A stretch of DNA of 34,533 nt from Pseudomonadota bacterium (GCA_043822785.1 JBDRBN010000048.1:1-34533), one strand, 5' to 3'. Shown: positions 9,444 to 18,502, counted from the first letter of the stretch. Notes: generated from the sequence alone by a model not told the origin. Numbers and translations: made by a program.

Positions 9444-10796
9444 ATGTCGGCCACTAAGATAAAAGCAGATCCCCTCGTTGATTCTATTGAACGCGCCCTT
9501 AGTTTGGGTGGCTTTGTTCCGTACAATTATGCCTCGGGATTTGTGCAGGATTTGGGGGCTGTAAAAAACCAGATAGACAAACTGATTAAAACCGAATCCA
9601 CTCGTGCCGTTTTGCTCTACGAAATCTTTATTGCCGGATGTTATGAAAAAATAGAAGAGATTGACGATTCTGGCGGCGACCTTGGTCAATTCGCCGAAGA
9701 ACTCTTCTGTTCATGGATTAGAGCTCGTCAGGCTATGAAAGCAGATCCGGCAGATACCATAAAGAGACTTTTGACGTGGATAAAAAATGATGATTACGGT
9801 TTTTGCTATAAACTGGAGGAAGAGGCCGCGAAGGTTTTGAACAAAAATGGATTAGAGGCATTTCGAGCCATTATTGAAGACAGATCTTTGACGAAAATCA
9901 ATGCCATTAAGACCAAGTCAGCACAGGAACAACAGCAGATTCCATATGAACTTCAGAATGACATTTCCACGTTAAAGGCAATTTATAGAGAACAATGCGA
10001 TATCTCATCGTATTGTAAGCTGTGTGGGCAAACCGGTTATGAATCTGATGATTGTGGGACGATTGCGAATATATATAAAACCAGGGGTAAATTTGATGCG
10101 GCGCTAGAATGGGTGGAGCGTGGCCTCAATCTCAGTAGCCAGAATAAGTCGATAGATTTTTGTAGCTCGTCATTAAAAATCTTCAAACGGGAACTTTTGA
10201 AAAAGTTAGGAAAGAATAGTGTCGCCCTCGAATCAGCTTGGTCGGATTATAGAGATTGCCCATCATCATATTCCTATGAGGAATTGTTGAGGTACATACC
10301 AAAGAAGGACAAATCCATTTGGCATCAAAAGATTGTTGCAACACTCGAGAAAGCTCCCCTTGAATCGGCAATTGAGGTATACATAATAACGAAAGAGTTA
10401 AGCCTGCTAGCCGCGCGGGTTTTGGAGACAAAGAAGGATCAACTGAAGGGCTATAGCCATCATACAACACAGCCTGCTGCAGAGGTTTTGGATAATGTCC
10501 ACCCATCGGCTGCTGCAAAAATATATGAGTGCTTGGGATTTCGAATTCTCACGAAGGGAAAATCAAAATACTACAGTTTTGCCCATGATCATTTTCAGAA
10601 AGCAAAAAACCTTTATGAAAGCCAAGGTATGGCAAAAGAATGGCAAAGGATTGTTGAGAACGTAAGAGAAAATCATAGGCGCAAATCCAGTTTTATCGGC
10701 GATTTCGAACGCATCGCATCTGGTATGGGGGCAAGAAAAGAGCCAACATTTATAGAACGGGTCAATAGGCGTTTGGAACAGAAAATGGAGAGGTAG
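9444..10796 (+). CDS. Helical-repeat (TPR-like) protein, DUF6880/SWIM-associated C-terminal type
   Basis: 450 aa, SD AAGGTGA. TPR-like IANIYKTRGKFDAALEWVERGL and C-terminal GKSKYY...HRRKSSF. Confidence 0.75.
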   Translation: MSATKIKADPLVDSIERALSLGGFVPYNYASGFVQDLGAVKNQIDKLIKTESTRAVLLYEIFIAGCYEKIEEIDDSGGDLGQFAEELFCSWIRARQAMKADPADTIKRLLTWIKNDDYGFCYKLEEEAAKVLNKNGLEAFRAIIEDRSLTKINAIKTKSAQEQQQIPYELQNDISTLKAIYREQCDISSYCKLCGQTGYESDDCGTIANIYKTRGKFDAALEWVERGLNLSSQNKSIDFCSSSLKIFKRELLKKLGKNSVALESAWSDYRDCPSSYSYEELLRYIPKKDKSIWHQKIVATLEKAPLESAIEVYIITKELSLLAARVLETKKDQLKGYSHHTTQPAAEVLDNVHPSAAAKIYECLGFRILTKGKSKYYSFAHDHFQKAKNLYESQGMAKEWQRIVENVRENHRRKSSFIGDFERIASGMGARKEPTFIERVNRRLEQKMER

Positions 10797-10810
10797 AAAG
10801 GATTGTCCAT

Positions 10811-11476
10811 ATGGATAAATGTGAAAGATGCCACAAAGAAGCGGGCCATTTTCAATCGGTAACTTTGACCGGTGAGAATAAACAAGAGTTGCTGTGTATG
10901 GATTGTTATAACGATTCCGTTGCCAAGAATTGGGGTATCGATAAACCACATTCTGATTTTAAACCACTTACACTCTTGGATTCATCTGGCCAGCCTCACA
11001 CTTTCCATTTTAGCACGATGCTAACCACTGGCCTTGGGATCAAGGCATATGAGGTAAAAGACGGTCACGTCGATTCTGACGGATATCAATTTGGTGTTTT
11101 GGAGCATCCAGAAACAGATTCTATGGTAGCTTTTAGAAAATTATATCAGAAGATAAAAAATGGGTTGAATCAAAAATACTTAAAAAAGGAACCAAACAAT
11201 AAATTCTCCCATGACCGCACGGTCATATCCAAAGAGGTTGTCATTGGTCGAATTGAAGAGAAGAGTGATAATATTTCTGAGATAGATGTCATAATCGATG
11301 GCAAAAGGTACTCGTGGGAAGAATTTGGTGATATGCTGAATCCCTATGTTGGTTTTAATTTTAAGCTCTCTATCCATGATTTAACCGATGACATCCCCAT
11401 GGAACTTCAAAAAAATATCAGAGAAAAGTTGTATTGGCTCGATTTTGACGAAACCGAGAAGGGTGAGGATGTATGA
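10811..11476 (+). CDS. Hypothetical protein with N-terminal Zn-ribbon (CxxC...CxxC)
   Basis: CERC and CMDCYN, with HTFHF and IIDGKRYSWEEFG. SD AAGGA. Confidence 0.8.
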   Translation: MDKCERCHKEAGHFQSVTLTGENKQELLCMDCYNDSVAKNWGIDKPHSDFKPLTLLDSSGQPHTFHFSTMLTTGLGIKAYEVKDGHVDSDGYQFGVLEHPETDSMVAFRKLYQKIKNGLNQKYLKKEPNNKFSHDRTVISKEVVIGRIEEKSDNISEIDVIIDGKRYSWEEFGDMLNPYVGFNFKLSIHDLTDDIPMELQKNIREKLYWLDFDETEKGEDV

Positions 11477-12735
11477 GCAAAAGAAAAGATAAAAATCACA
11501 AAGACCCACTCAATTCACTCGTTAACATCGCAGGAAAAGATGTTTTGGCAGAACTGACCCTTAAGTTAGCAAAATCAGACATATCTATTCGTAGAAAATG
11601 TTTGGATCATTTGAAAGACAAGGTGAAAATAGAAGACTCCGTAAAAAGGGATGCCGGATCTTCAGCGGTTCTTTTACTGTGGTACGAAGTTGAGCCGGAG
11701 TTGGCTGAATTAGATGAGTATGGTGGCGGTGATTATAGTACGCAGGATGATGTAAGCGGTACTTTATATGAGCTATCCGAAAGTTTGAAAAAGACGGCCT
11801 TGTCCAGCAGCGACCGAGAGACGTTATTAGATGAAGTTGTTGATTATATAAAGAGAGGAAATGCGGGAATGGATGACGAGCTTTATGAAGTTGCCTATTC
11901 CGCATGCAGAAACAATGATGAATTGAGAGATTTGGCAGGACGATTTGAAAAAATGGGTAAGGATTGGCCAGCAGACCATGCCAGGCGCATATATAGGCAA
12001 ATCGGAGACAGGGAGAAATATCTGCGATTGCGTGTTAAAAAAATGAAATATGGTATGGATTACCACGATTTGGCGACATTCTATTGGGATGCCGGAGAAA
12101 GAGAAAAAGCAATGGATGTTGCTCAAAAAGGCATGAAAGTGGCAGAAGGCAGAATGGATGAATTGCGAATGTTTTTGGCAAAGAGAGCGAGGAATTCAGG
12201 AGACAGGAAGACTTATCTGGAATATATTTTTCTCCAGAAGACCGATGACTTGACGCTGTCGTCCTACAAAGAATTTAAAAAGGAATGTAAACCCGATGAG
12301 TGGGCAGTATACGAACCACGCATTCTAAAATTACTCGATGAAAAAGAAGATGACATCCAGTCTGTTAAAATTCGTTTACACCGCAAGGAGCATGAACTGG
12401 CATTGCAATACTTCCAGAGACCCCGGCGGTTGTCTCATTGCTTTTATGGGGAATCGGAATACTTTTTGGTAGCAAAGGAACTGGAATCGAGATATCCGGA
12501 TCAAATATTATCGTTTTACAAATCGAGTGTTGGCAACCTGAATACTTCATCTTCGAGAAAGGTATATCATTATAACGCTCAATCTGTTGAAAGAGTTCGC
12601 CGTATGTATGTCGATGTTATGAATGACGTAGACGGCTGGAAACGATATGCTTTGTCGATAAAACAGACTAATGAAAAGAGACCGGCGTTTCAGGAGATCT
12701 TTAACAAGGTGGTGCGTGGATGGCAACAATTGTAG
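11473..12735 (+). CDS. Helical-repeat protein, distant paralog of 9444..10796
   Basis: 420 aa, ATGA-coupled to the upstream gene. C-terminus YPDQ...Y...RKVY...W...KRPAF. Confidence 0.78.
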   Translation: MSKRKDKNHKDPLNSLVNIAGKDVLAELTLKLAKSDISIRRKCLDHLKDKVKIEDSVKRDAGSSAVLLLWYEVEPELAELDEYGGGDYSTQDDVSGTLYELSESLKKTALSSSDRETLLDEVVDYIKRGNAGMDDELYEVAYSACRNNDELRDLAGRFEKMGKDWPADHARRIYRQIGDREKYLRLRVKKMKYGMDYHDLATFYWDAGEREKAMDVAQKGMKVAEGRMDELRMFLAKRARNSGDRKTYLEYIFLQKTDDLTLSSYKEFKKECKPDEWAVYEPRILKLLDEKEDDIQSVKIRLHRKEHELALQYFQRPRRLSHCFYGESEYFLVAKELESRYPDQILSFYKSSVGNLNTSSSRKVYHYNAQSVERVRRMYVDVMNDVDGWKRYALSIKQTNEKRPAFQEIFNKVVRGWQQL

Positions 12736-12745
12736 GAAGTATAAT

Positions 12746-12946
12746 ATGACCAAAGCAATCACATGGAAGGATGTTTGTCCGAATTGTATCAAATACGACT
12801 ACCCCGACCATTCTCCGAGTCATGAGCATTGCCTTGAACACGGCGTTACTGAAAGCGTTCTCTGTAATCTTAATAGGACGGATCAGGAAGGCGAAGACGC
12901 GGATTTTCAATGCGATGCCTTTACACCGAAACAGGGGGCGCAGTGA
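12746..12946 (+). CDS. Small Cys-rich hypothetical protein (66 aa)
   Basis: ATG 12746 after AGGAAG. CPNC...C...LCNLNR...FQCDAF. Last gene of the + strand operon. Confidence 0.6.
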   Translation: MTKAITWKDVCPNCIKYDYPDHSPSHEHCLEHGVTESVLCNLNRTDQEGEDADFQCDAFTPKQGAQ

Positions 12947-12958
12947 TTATTTGATATT

Positions 12959-13456
12959 TTATCTGTACCAGAGTTTGTTTTTCAGAGACTCGTATACATT
13001 GAAGACAATGGGACATATTGAGCAGTTCTCTATCACCCCCATCAATCTGAAAACAAAATCCTCTTTATGTAGATGCGGGTATGAACGGCAATCTTCGGGA
13101 CGATATTCATAGTGCAAGCATCCATCAACCCCTAAAAAGGGACACGGTTTAGTCTTGAAGCGATATCCGTCATCTTCGTCGTCTTTAAGCACATATTTCT
13201 TTTTGAATGCTTTCTGTGTGAGATGAAGGGCTCTGGCTAATATTTCGATATCTTTTTCATCAAGTACGGGAGACATCACTCTGCAGCAATTTGAACATAG
13301 CCTACAGTCAATCTCTGATGAGAATTTCCGATATAATTCATGCGCGGCAGCATCGACCTTTTTGCTGGACTGATTTTTCAGAAAGGATCTGAATTTCCAA
13401 TTTTCGTCTTCTTTTTCCTCTGAAATTCTTTTTAGGTTATTGATATCTATTTCCAT
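12959..13456 (-). CDS. YkgJ family cysteine-cluster (CxxCxxCC) protein
   Basis: CRLCSNCC, PCPFL, CLHYEYRPEDCRSYP and CSICP. Confidence 0.9.
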   Translation of the reverse strand: MEIDINNLKRISEEKEDENWKFRSFLKNQSSKKVDAAAHELYRKFSSEIDCRLCSNCCRVMSPVLDEKDIEILARALHLTQKAFKKKYVLKDDEDDGYRFKTKPCPFLGVDGCLHYEYRPEDCRSYPHLHKEDFVFRLMGVIENCSICPIVFNVYESLKNKLWYR

Positions 13457-13490
13457 AATGCCAATTCCTCGGAAAATACACGGAGCATAT

Positions 13491-14810
13491 TTACGAATTC
13501 AATTTTCTTCTTTTGCCCTTTATTCTTTTTAAACGCTTATTGACCGCATCTTTGTCAAAAAATGCAGGGTCAAGATTTTCACCCATCCATTCCAACATCG
13601 ATTCATAGTCGGGATGTTTTTTGTTTTGGATAGTTTCGAGTTTCCAATAGTAGCCGGGGATGCCGCCGGAATCTTCGGGCGGGGCGGCATTTTCACCTTC
13701 TAAACAGACAGGGTTTGCAGATTTTTCATTGCCCCATTTTTCAAAGATGATTTCGTGCTCCCAGCTATCTCCAAAGTCATAGACGTATGTAGCCTTTTGT
13801 TTAGGCCTTTCAAAATAATGGGCAAGCGGTGTTTTGCCGCTTATCTTTTCGCCTCTGAACGCCTTGCCCGCAGAAAATTCGTGCATGTGATCATTTTCCC
13901 AGTCAAATAAAGTCTGAATCGTTGAGTGCAGGTTGTCGAACGTAAATGTCGCCGGGACAAGGACTCGACGCCAAATAAGTGGATCAGAATAGTTAAGAGA
14001 AATCTTTAACTGAAACATTTTCCCCTCACTTTCTTCGGATTTTTCTTTTCTGTAATCGTTGATGGGATAGACCTTTGCTGTCGGTGATACGTCGCCTAGT
14101 TTTCCGAGGCAGCATTTTTTATATTTTTTACCGCTGCCGCATGGACACAGTTCATTTCGCCCGACTTTTGGTTCAGACTTATGCGATAATGAGCCTCGTA
14201 GATTCTGCATCATTTCAGCTCTTATTTGCTTTGTCTCCTGAATGACGCCGTTTATGCATTCTTCGATCATATTGTTCATCTGTTTGAGTTGCTCAACCAG
14301 TTTCGGGATCTCTTTATCGTCCTGGCCTGATTCAGGAATTTTGAGAATGTTTTCATACATGAAATCCATTTTTGCCAGTTGTTCAATATCAAATCTTCCC
14401 GGCTCGCTGAAGTCATCTGGATTTGTTCCGCCGTGGTCGAGGCCTTTGATAAACTGTTTAATTTCGCCTCCTCTTAATTTTAGATATTTCTCAAGGGATT
14501 CCCTTGTGGGCTCAAGTTTAAAAGAGGAGAGACTGAAGGGGTTATGGTGATCTTGATGCCCGGCAAGTTTGTTCCAGAGTCCCATTACAGTGCCCATATA
14601 TGTTTGGGCGTCTTCCATTGAATTGAAATTTGGTTCATCTCCGTTCTGCAGGTGACTAAACATTGCATCCATCGGCACATGATCGACTGCCGAGATGCAA
14701 CCCATTAAAAATGCCCTGACCTCTGGAAATGAAAGTTTGCATCCGTATTTCTTCAAGATCTCTTTGCATTTTTCATCGCCCGGGTAGGGCTTAAGGTTAT
14801 ATCCTGCCAT
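13491..14810 (-). CDS. Fusion protein: UPF0149-like domain + SEC-C motif + pRiA4b ORF-3-like domain
   Basis: Central [21 protein letters not shown]-terminal IWRRVLVP...LH...W...HMHEF...[13 protein letters not shown]...PPEDSGG. SD GAGGAGGAGG. Confidence 0.85.
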   Translation of the reverse strand: MAGYNLKPYPGDEKCKEILKKYGCKLSFPEVRAFLMGCISAVDHVPMDAMFSHLQNGDEPNFNSMEDAQTYMGTVMGLWNKLAGHQDHHNPFSLSSFKLEPTRESLEKYLKLRGGEIKQFIKGLDHGGTNPDDFSEPGRFDIEQLAKMDFMYENILKIPESGQDDKEIPKLVEQLKQMNNMIEECINGVIQETKQIRAEMMQNLRGSLSHKSEPKVGRNELCPCGSGKKYKKCCLGKLGDVSPTAKVYPINDYRKEKSEESEGKMFQLKISLNYSDPLIWRRVLVPATFTFDNLHSTIQTLFDWENDHMHEFSAGKAFRGEKISGKTPLAHYFERPKQKATYVYDFGDSWEHEIIFEKWGNEKSANPVCLEGENAAPPEDSGGIPGYYWKLETIQNKKHPDYESMLEWMGENLDPAFFDKDAVNKRLKRIKGKRRKLNS

Positions 14811-15030
14811 TTACTACCTCCTCCTCATTGCTGGGCTTAAAGCACAGCAAGAAGGGCATTTCTACAAGAATTTTTCTGGCCTTATGGGGGCAGAATTTGC
14901 CACAGGCCGTGGCAAAATCGGCAGACTGGGTTATTCCGCAACACAAACCCGTTTAAGCCGCCTGTTGCCCCAACAGTTCGCGTATGGCGGGCACAAGGGG
15001 CTCAAAGGCCATGATCTCCTTGAAATACTT

Positions 15031-15060
15031 GGTTCGGAATGTGTCCACTACGGGGAGCAC
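15031..15060 (+). other. Probable att site: degenerate tRNA 3'-end (GGTTCGGAAT...CGGGGAGC)
   Basis: T-loop-like GGTTCG(G)AAT followed by acceptor-like CGGGGAG. The minus strand reads LPVVDTFRT..., resembling a recombinase C-terminal tail. Confidence 0.6.
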
Positions 15061-15097
15061 AAAAAAGCCACCCCTCGCGGGTGGCTTTTTTGTGCTC
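15055..15097. terminator. Bidirectional intrinsic terminator
   Basis: Perfect 19-bp inverted repeat GAGCACAAAAAAGCCACCC / GGGTGGCTTTTTTGTGCTC with a 5-nt loop and A6/T6 tracts. Confidence 0.9.
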
Positions 15098-15347
15098 ATA
15101 GGCTGGAGGATGAAAACCGCCCCAAAAAGATCATTGGGGGCTGGTTCTGACCGAGGCCGGGGACCCAATCGAAGATTGGGTGGCCGAGGAAATACCCGAA
15201 GCCGAGAGGCGAAGAGTGGAATCCCTGCTCCCAATTCTCACAGTCATGAGGAACAAATAGCCTTTGATCTGCATAAAATAAGGACTTGCGGGTTTTTGTG
15301 CATTTTACTAGCCTTAGCTCTCAAAGCAAAACAACCATGAGGCGTCT

Positions 15348-16871
15348 ATGAGCTATGTGAATATAAGTGAGGTTGGCACATTTCAAATAGCCTTAGGTCC
15401 CACCGCTTTAGAGCATTCCATCGACATCCTTAAAGTTGTGTCAACAACTGCACAACGATGCAATGCACCCCTCACATATGTGCCCACACAAACGGTTGGT
15501 CAGCTGTGGAATTTGACATCGCACCACATGCCTGTTGCATATGCATTTAGAGTTGCAGATGCACACACAGACACGCCGGTGGTCTATGGCATATGGGGCA
15601 AGGCAATGGATGCTGCCCCCAGCGTTCTAGAGCGCATGCTGATTGGAGCAAAGCTTCTTTATGTTCATGCAGGGGATCCAAAATGGGAACTCGATCATCG
15701 CAGAGAAGATGTGCACTTTAGGCGCATGTGGCGCTACGACAATACAACGCACAGGGCAGAGGCCTTTGCTGCGATTTCAGAGTTTAAAGAGTGGCTTATC
15801 GTCATGCAGCGCGGCGTGTTTGAATGCATACGTCCTCATTCTATTGTGCTTTCGTCTGATCTACATCGCGCTCTTGCAACAGAAGAGCAGCAGCGAGTGG
15901 AAGGAATGTTTGGATGTGATCTTACGATCGGCGACAAGAGTACGCTTATGTTTCCCGGCAAGGTCCTTGGCTATCGCTCCGAAATAGGCAATCGCGGTCG
16001 GTTTGCTCGTTTTCAAAAGAGACTTGAAGCACGTGCAATGCCAACAACATTTGCAGAAGCATCAGCAGATCATCGATTAATCGCAGAGATAATCAAAAGT
16101 CTGCGCAGCGGAAAGCCATACGATAAAATCGCTCAAACCTTGGGCATGCAGCCTAAAGAGCTGGTGAGCCTATTTAGGTCGCAGGTCGGACTGGAGCCAT
16201 GGAGCTTTATGCTAGACGATGTGAGTTTGTCTGCATGGCTTAATGCTATAGACGAGCGTCATCGGGCTGCGCTTCACGCATCTGCTCGTGATGCAGCCAA
16301 ATACATAGCGTCGATGAGTGCACGCAATCATAAACTTAGAGGAGTAGATCTTGGCGGCGGCTCTTTGGAGGTGACAGAAATTTTTCTAAGAGAGCTTCGC
16401 AAGCTTACAGGTTTGAATGTAGAGTTGGACGTAATTGACCCTGTGTTATCAAATGTTTCTTCTTCAATTCATATGCGGCAAAATCGAATCCAACAGGAGC
16501 TAGGCATTGCTGTAAACCTAAAACCTTATGAGTGGCTGGATTTTGTAAAACACAAGCGGCCCCATCAAGAATATGATTTTGCAGTTTCATTTCAGCTTTT
16601 ATCGCTTCTGCCCGATAATGTGATGCGCGAGACCTTTAAGACGCTGCACCAAAGCCTGCGTCATCGCGGGCGACTTTTTGCTGCATTCGAACCTTTTGAT
16701 CGCACAACCCTCAAGAGATATGATGGGCAGACTTATTATCAAAGGACGATCGATTGGTATCACGATCAGGCACGCCAAGCGGGTTTTGATGTAAAACTTG
16801 CGTCGGCACATCTTGCACATGAGGAAGATAATTCGTCCATAATGGCCAACCTAAAACTTATGGGCACGTAA
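15348..16871 (+). CDS. Hypothetical protein with central HTH-like segment and C-terminal class I SAM-dependent methyltransferase
   Basis: 507 aa, SD GAGG. VDLGGGS (motif I), VIDP, YDFAVSFQLL and LRHRGRLF. Confidence 0.65.
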   Translation: MSYVNISEVGTFQIALGPTALEHSIDILKVVSTTAQRCNAPLTYVPTQTVGQLWNLTSHHMPVAYAFRVADAHTDTPVVYGIWGKAMDAAPSVLERMLIGAKLLYVHAGDPKWELDHRREDVHFRRMWRYDNTTHRAEAFAAISEFKEWLIVMQRGVFECIRPHSIVLSSDLHRALATEEQQRVEGMFGCDLTIGDKSTLMFPGKVLGYRSEIGNRGRFARFQKRLEARAMPTTFAEASADHRLIAEIIKSLRSGKPYDKIAQTLGMQPKELVSLFRSQVGLEPWSFMLDDVSLSAWLNAIDERHRAALHASARDAAKYIASMSARNHKLRGVDLGGGSLEVTEIFLRELRKLTGLNVELDVIDPVLSNVSSSIHMRQNRIQQELGIAVNLKPYEWLDFVKHKRPHQEYDFAVSFQLLSLLPDNVMRETFKTLHQSLRHRGRLFAAFEPFDRTTLKRYDGQTYYQRTIDWYHDQARQAGFDVKLASAHLAHEEDNSSIMANLKLMGT

Positions 16872-17063
16872 TTTCAGCAGAATAAAAACCAAATTTCTCT
16901 TTAGTCGGATTTAAAGAGCCATCAGACGGAGAGAAATTGTAGTACAATTGTACAAGGTGTAGCGAAACGCTGCACCTATCTCGGCGCCATTTTTTTATAA
17001 CACCACTCAGCTAGGATTATCTTGATCAATTCGCTTGGCATGTCCTTTGCTTTACCCTAAGAT

Positions 17064-17126
17064 ATGGCTTACCTTCCCAGATATGAGATCACACACGACG
17101 ACGCCTACTTTCATGTAACCTGGCAA
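17064..17126 (+). pseudogene. Possible N-terminal remnant of a REP-associated (Y1) tyrosine transposase
   Basis: MAYLPRYEITHDDAYFHVTWQ resembles RAYT N-termini (PR...Y/FHV). The frame closes at 17183, overlapping the end of the next gene. Confidence 0.4.
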
Positions 17127-17170
17127 AATCCGCTCCGTCTGACATTTTCCAGGACAGGAGACATGAAATG

Positions 17171-18502
17171 CTATTCCCCCTGAAACTGATGGTTCTCTAT
17201 TCTCTTGATTATCCTCCTGGAGAGGTTGAACGTGGGGTAGGTCTGCATTGGCGGAAAGCCCGGAAATGCGTTGAGTTCTATTACGTAGACGCTCTTCATC
17301 TCCTCGTCGATCATGATGTCCACGCCCGCGAACTCCAGGCCTATCATCTCTGTCGCTTTGACAGCAACGCGCATCGCCTTCTTCACTATATTACGTGGAA
17401 TATGCTTGAGGAAGCGGGGATCCCTGCCCTTGCCGCCCTGGGATATGTTCGTTGTCACCGCATCTTCGGCGTTCGTCCTCGCGTAGATATAGAGCACGCT
17501 GCCTAGACAGACGTAAAATCTAAGGTCGAATTTCTGGCCATCGATGATCGGGCATCCGAGCGCCTTCTCCACGACGATATCCTTTGTCAAAAGCTCCCTC
17601 AGAAAATCCACGTTGCCGGTTATATCTATGAATGTCCAGCCATGGTCGGAACGCATGCTCACAATCCTGCCCTCTTCAAACCTGAAGTTGGTCAACCACC
17701 TTCCCCTCTCCATATAGGTTATGCCCTTGCCCATTGAGCCATACCTTACCTTCAGATAGAGCTTCTCCCCCGCGCCTTCAACTAGGTCCAGGATATCTTC
17801 GAGGCGTCTCGTAAAAATCGGTGCGGCAACATCGATTCCGGCACCGGCAAGCATAGTTTTTGTGAGTTCCTTGTCGCGATCAACAGATATCCTCAGCGGA
17901 TGATTTATGAAATAGAGCCTCTTGTCGCTGTAGAATTCGTAGAGCCTCGCCTTGATCTTGTCCCACAGCGCCCTGAACTTATTGTAGAATTCCACGTTGC
18001 CGTAAACGCCTTCGTATGTGCCGTTCTCGATATGTTTGTCCCAATATGCGTGGGGGAAGAATGGGTAGATTATGATCGAGCCGGTCTCGATCATGGGGAG
18101 TTCGCCTGACTCGAGCTGATCGTAGGTGGCGCTGACCGCAGCGAGCTTATTCGGGTTGCATCGAAAGAGCTGCCTTCGAAACTTTTTGAAGGAATCCCAA
18201 TCCTTCTCGTCGCCTAAAATCAAAAGCGTTCGGTCGGCTCGCGGGGGGCTACTGCTGTGGCGCTTGCCAACGCTGCCGGGCGCATCGTTAACCGGGCAGT
18301 TCTCACTGCCGGGCACATTCGGCAAAAATAATGTCGATGACTTTGGCAAAGCATTGGCGCTCCCGATAAGGTCATAGGTTCCGCTCACCTCAACGTAGGT
18401 GTCAGCGAAGAGGTTTGGCCCCATCGCGAGTTTGCCCATGACCGGCGCTACTGACCAGGCAGCAGCAGGCAGGAAACTTGTTGAATGGATCCCTTGCATC
18501 AT
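17171..18502 (-). CDS. ATP-grasp ligase (RimK/YheCD-like) with long N-terminal extension
   Basis: DKELTK, KVRYGSMGKG, KFDLRFYV, TTNISQGG, AGVDIM and IELNAFPG. SD GGAGGG. Confidence 0.85.
   Translation of the reverse strand: MMQGIHSTSFLPAAAWSVAPVMGKLAMGPNLFADTYVEVSGTYDLIGSANALPKSSTLFLPNVPGSENCPVNDAPGSVGKRHSSSPPRADRTLLILGDEKDWDSFKKFRRQLFRCNPNKLAAVSATYDQLESGELPMIETGSIIIYPFFPHAYWDKHIENGTYEGVYGNVEFYNKFRALWDKIKARLYEFYSDKRLYFINHPLRISVDRDKELTKTMLAGAGIDVAAPIFTRRLEDILDLVEGAGEKLYLKVRYGSMGKGITYMERGRWLTNFRFEEGRIVSMRSDHGWTFIDITGNVDFLRELLTKDIVVEKALGCPIIDGQKFDLRFYVCLGSVLYIYARTNAEDAVTTNISQGGKGRDPRFLKHIPRNIVKKAMRVAVKATEMIGLEFAGVDIMIDEEMKSVYVIELNAFPGFPPMQTYPTFNLSRRIIKRIENHQFQGE

Larger units (their letters stand above)
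1..15060. mobile_element. Integrative element / genomic island (left end outside window)
   Basis: Serine integrase at left, Rep-like gene inside, typical island cargo, and a tRNA-3'-like att remnant at 15031-15060 followed by a terminator. Confidence 0.8.

Noticed and set aside
1..15060. Intact prophage
   Set aside because: No terminase, capsid, tail or lysis genes are recognisable. Bro-N, HNH and Rep alone are not enough.
14884..15340. ORF-track ORFs 14884..15150, 14984..15340 and full-length 14953..15234
   Set aside because: They run through the terminator and structured DNA with no protein-like features. Only the last 34 codons of the minus ORF are kept, as a putative recombinase tail.
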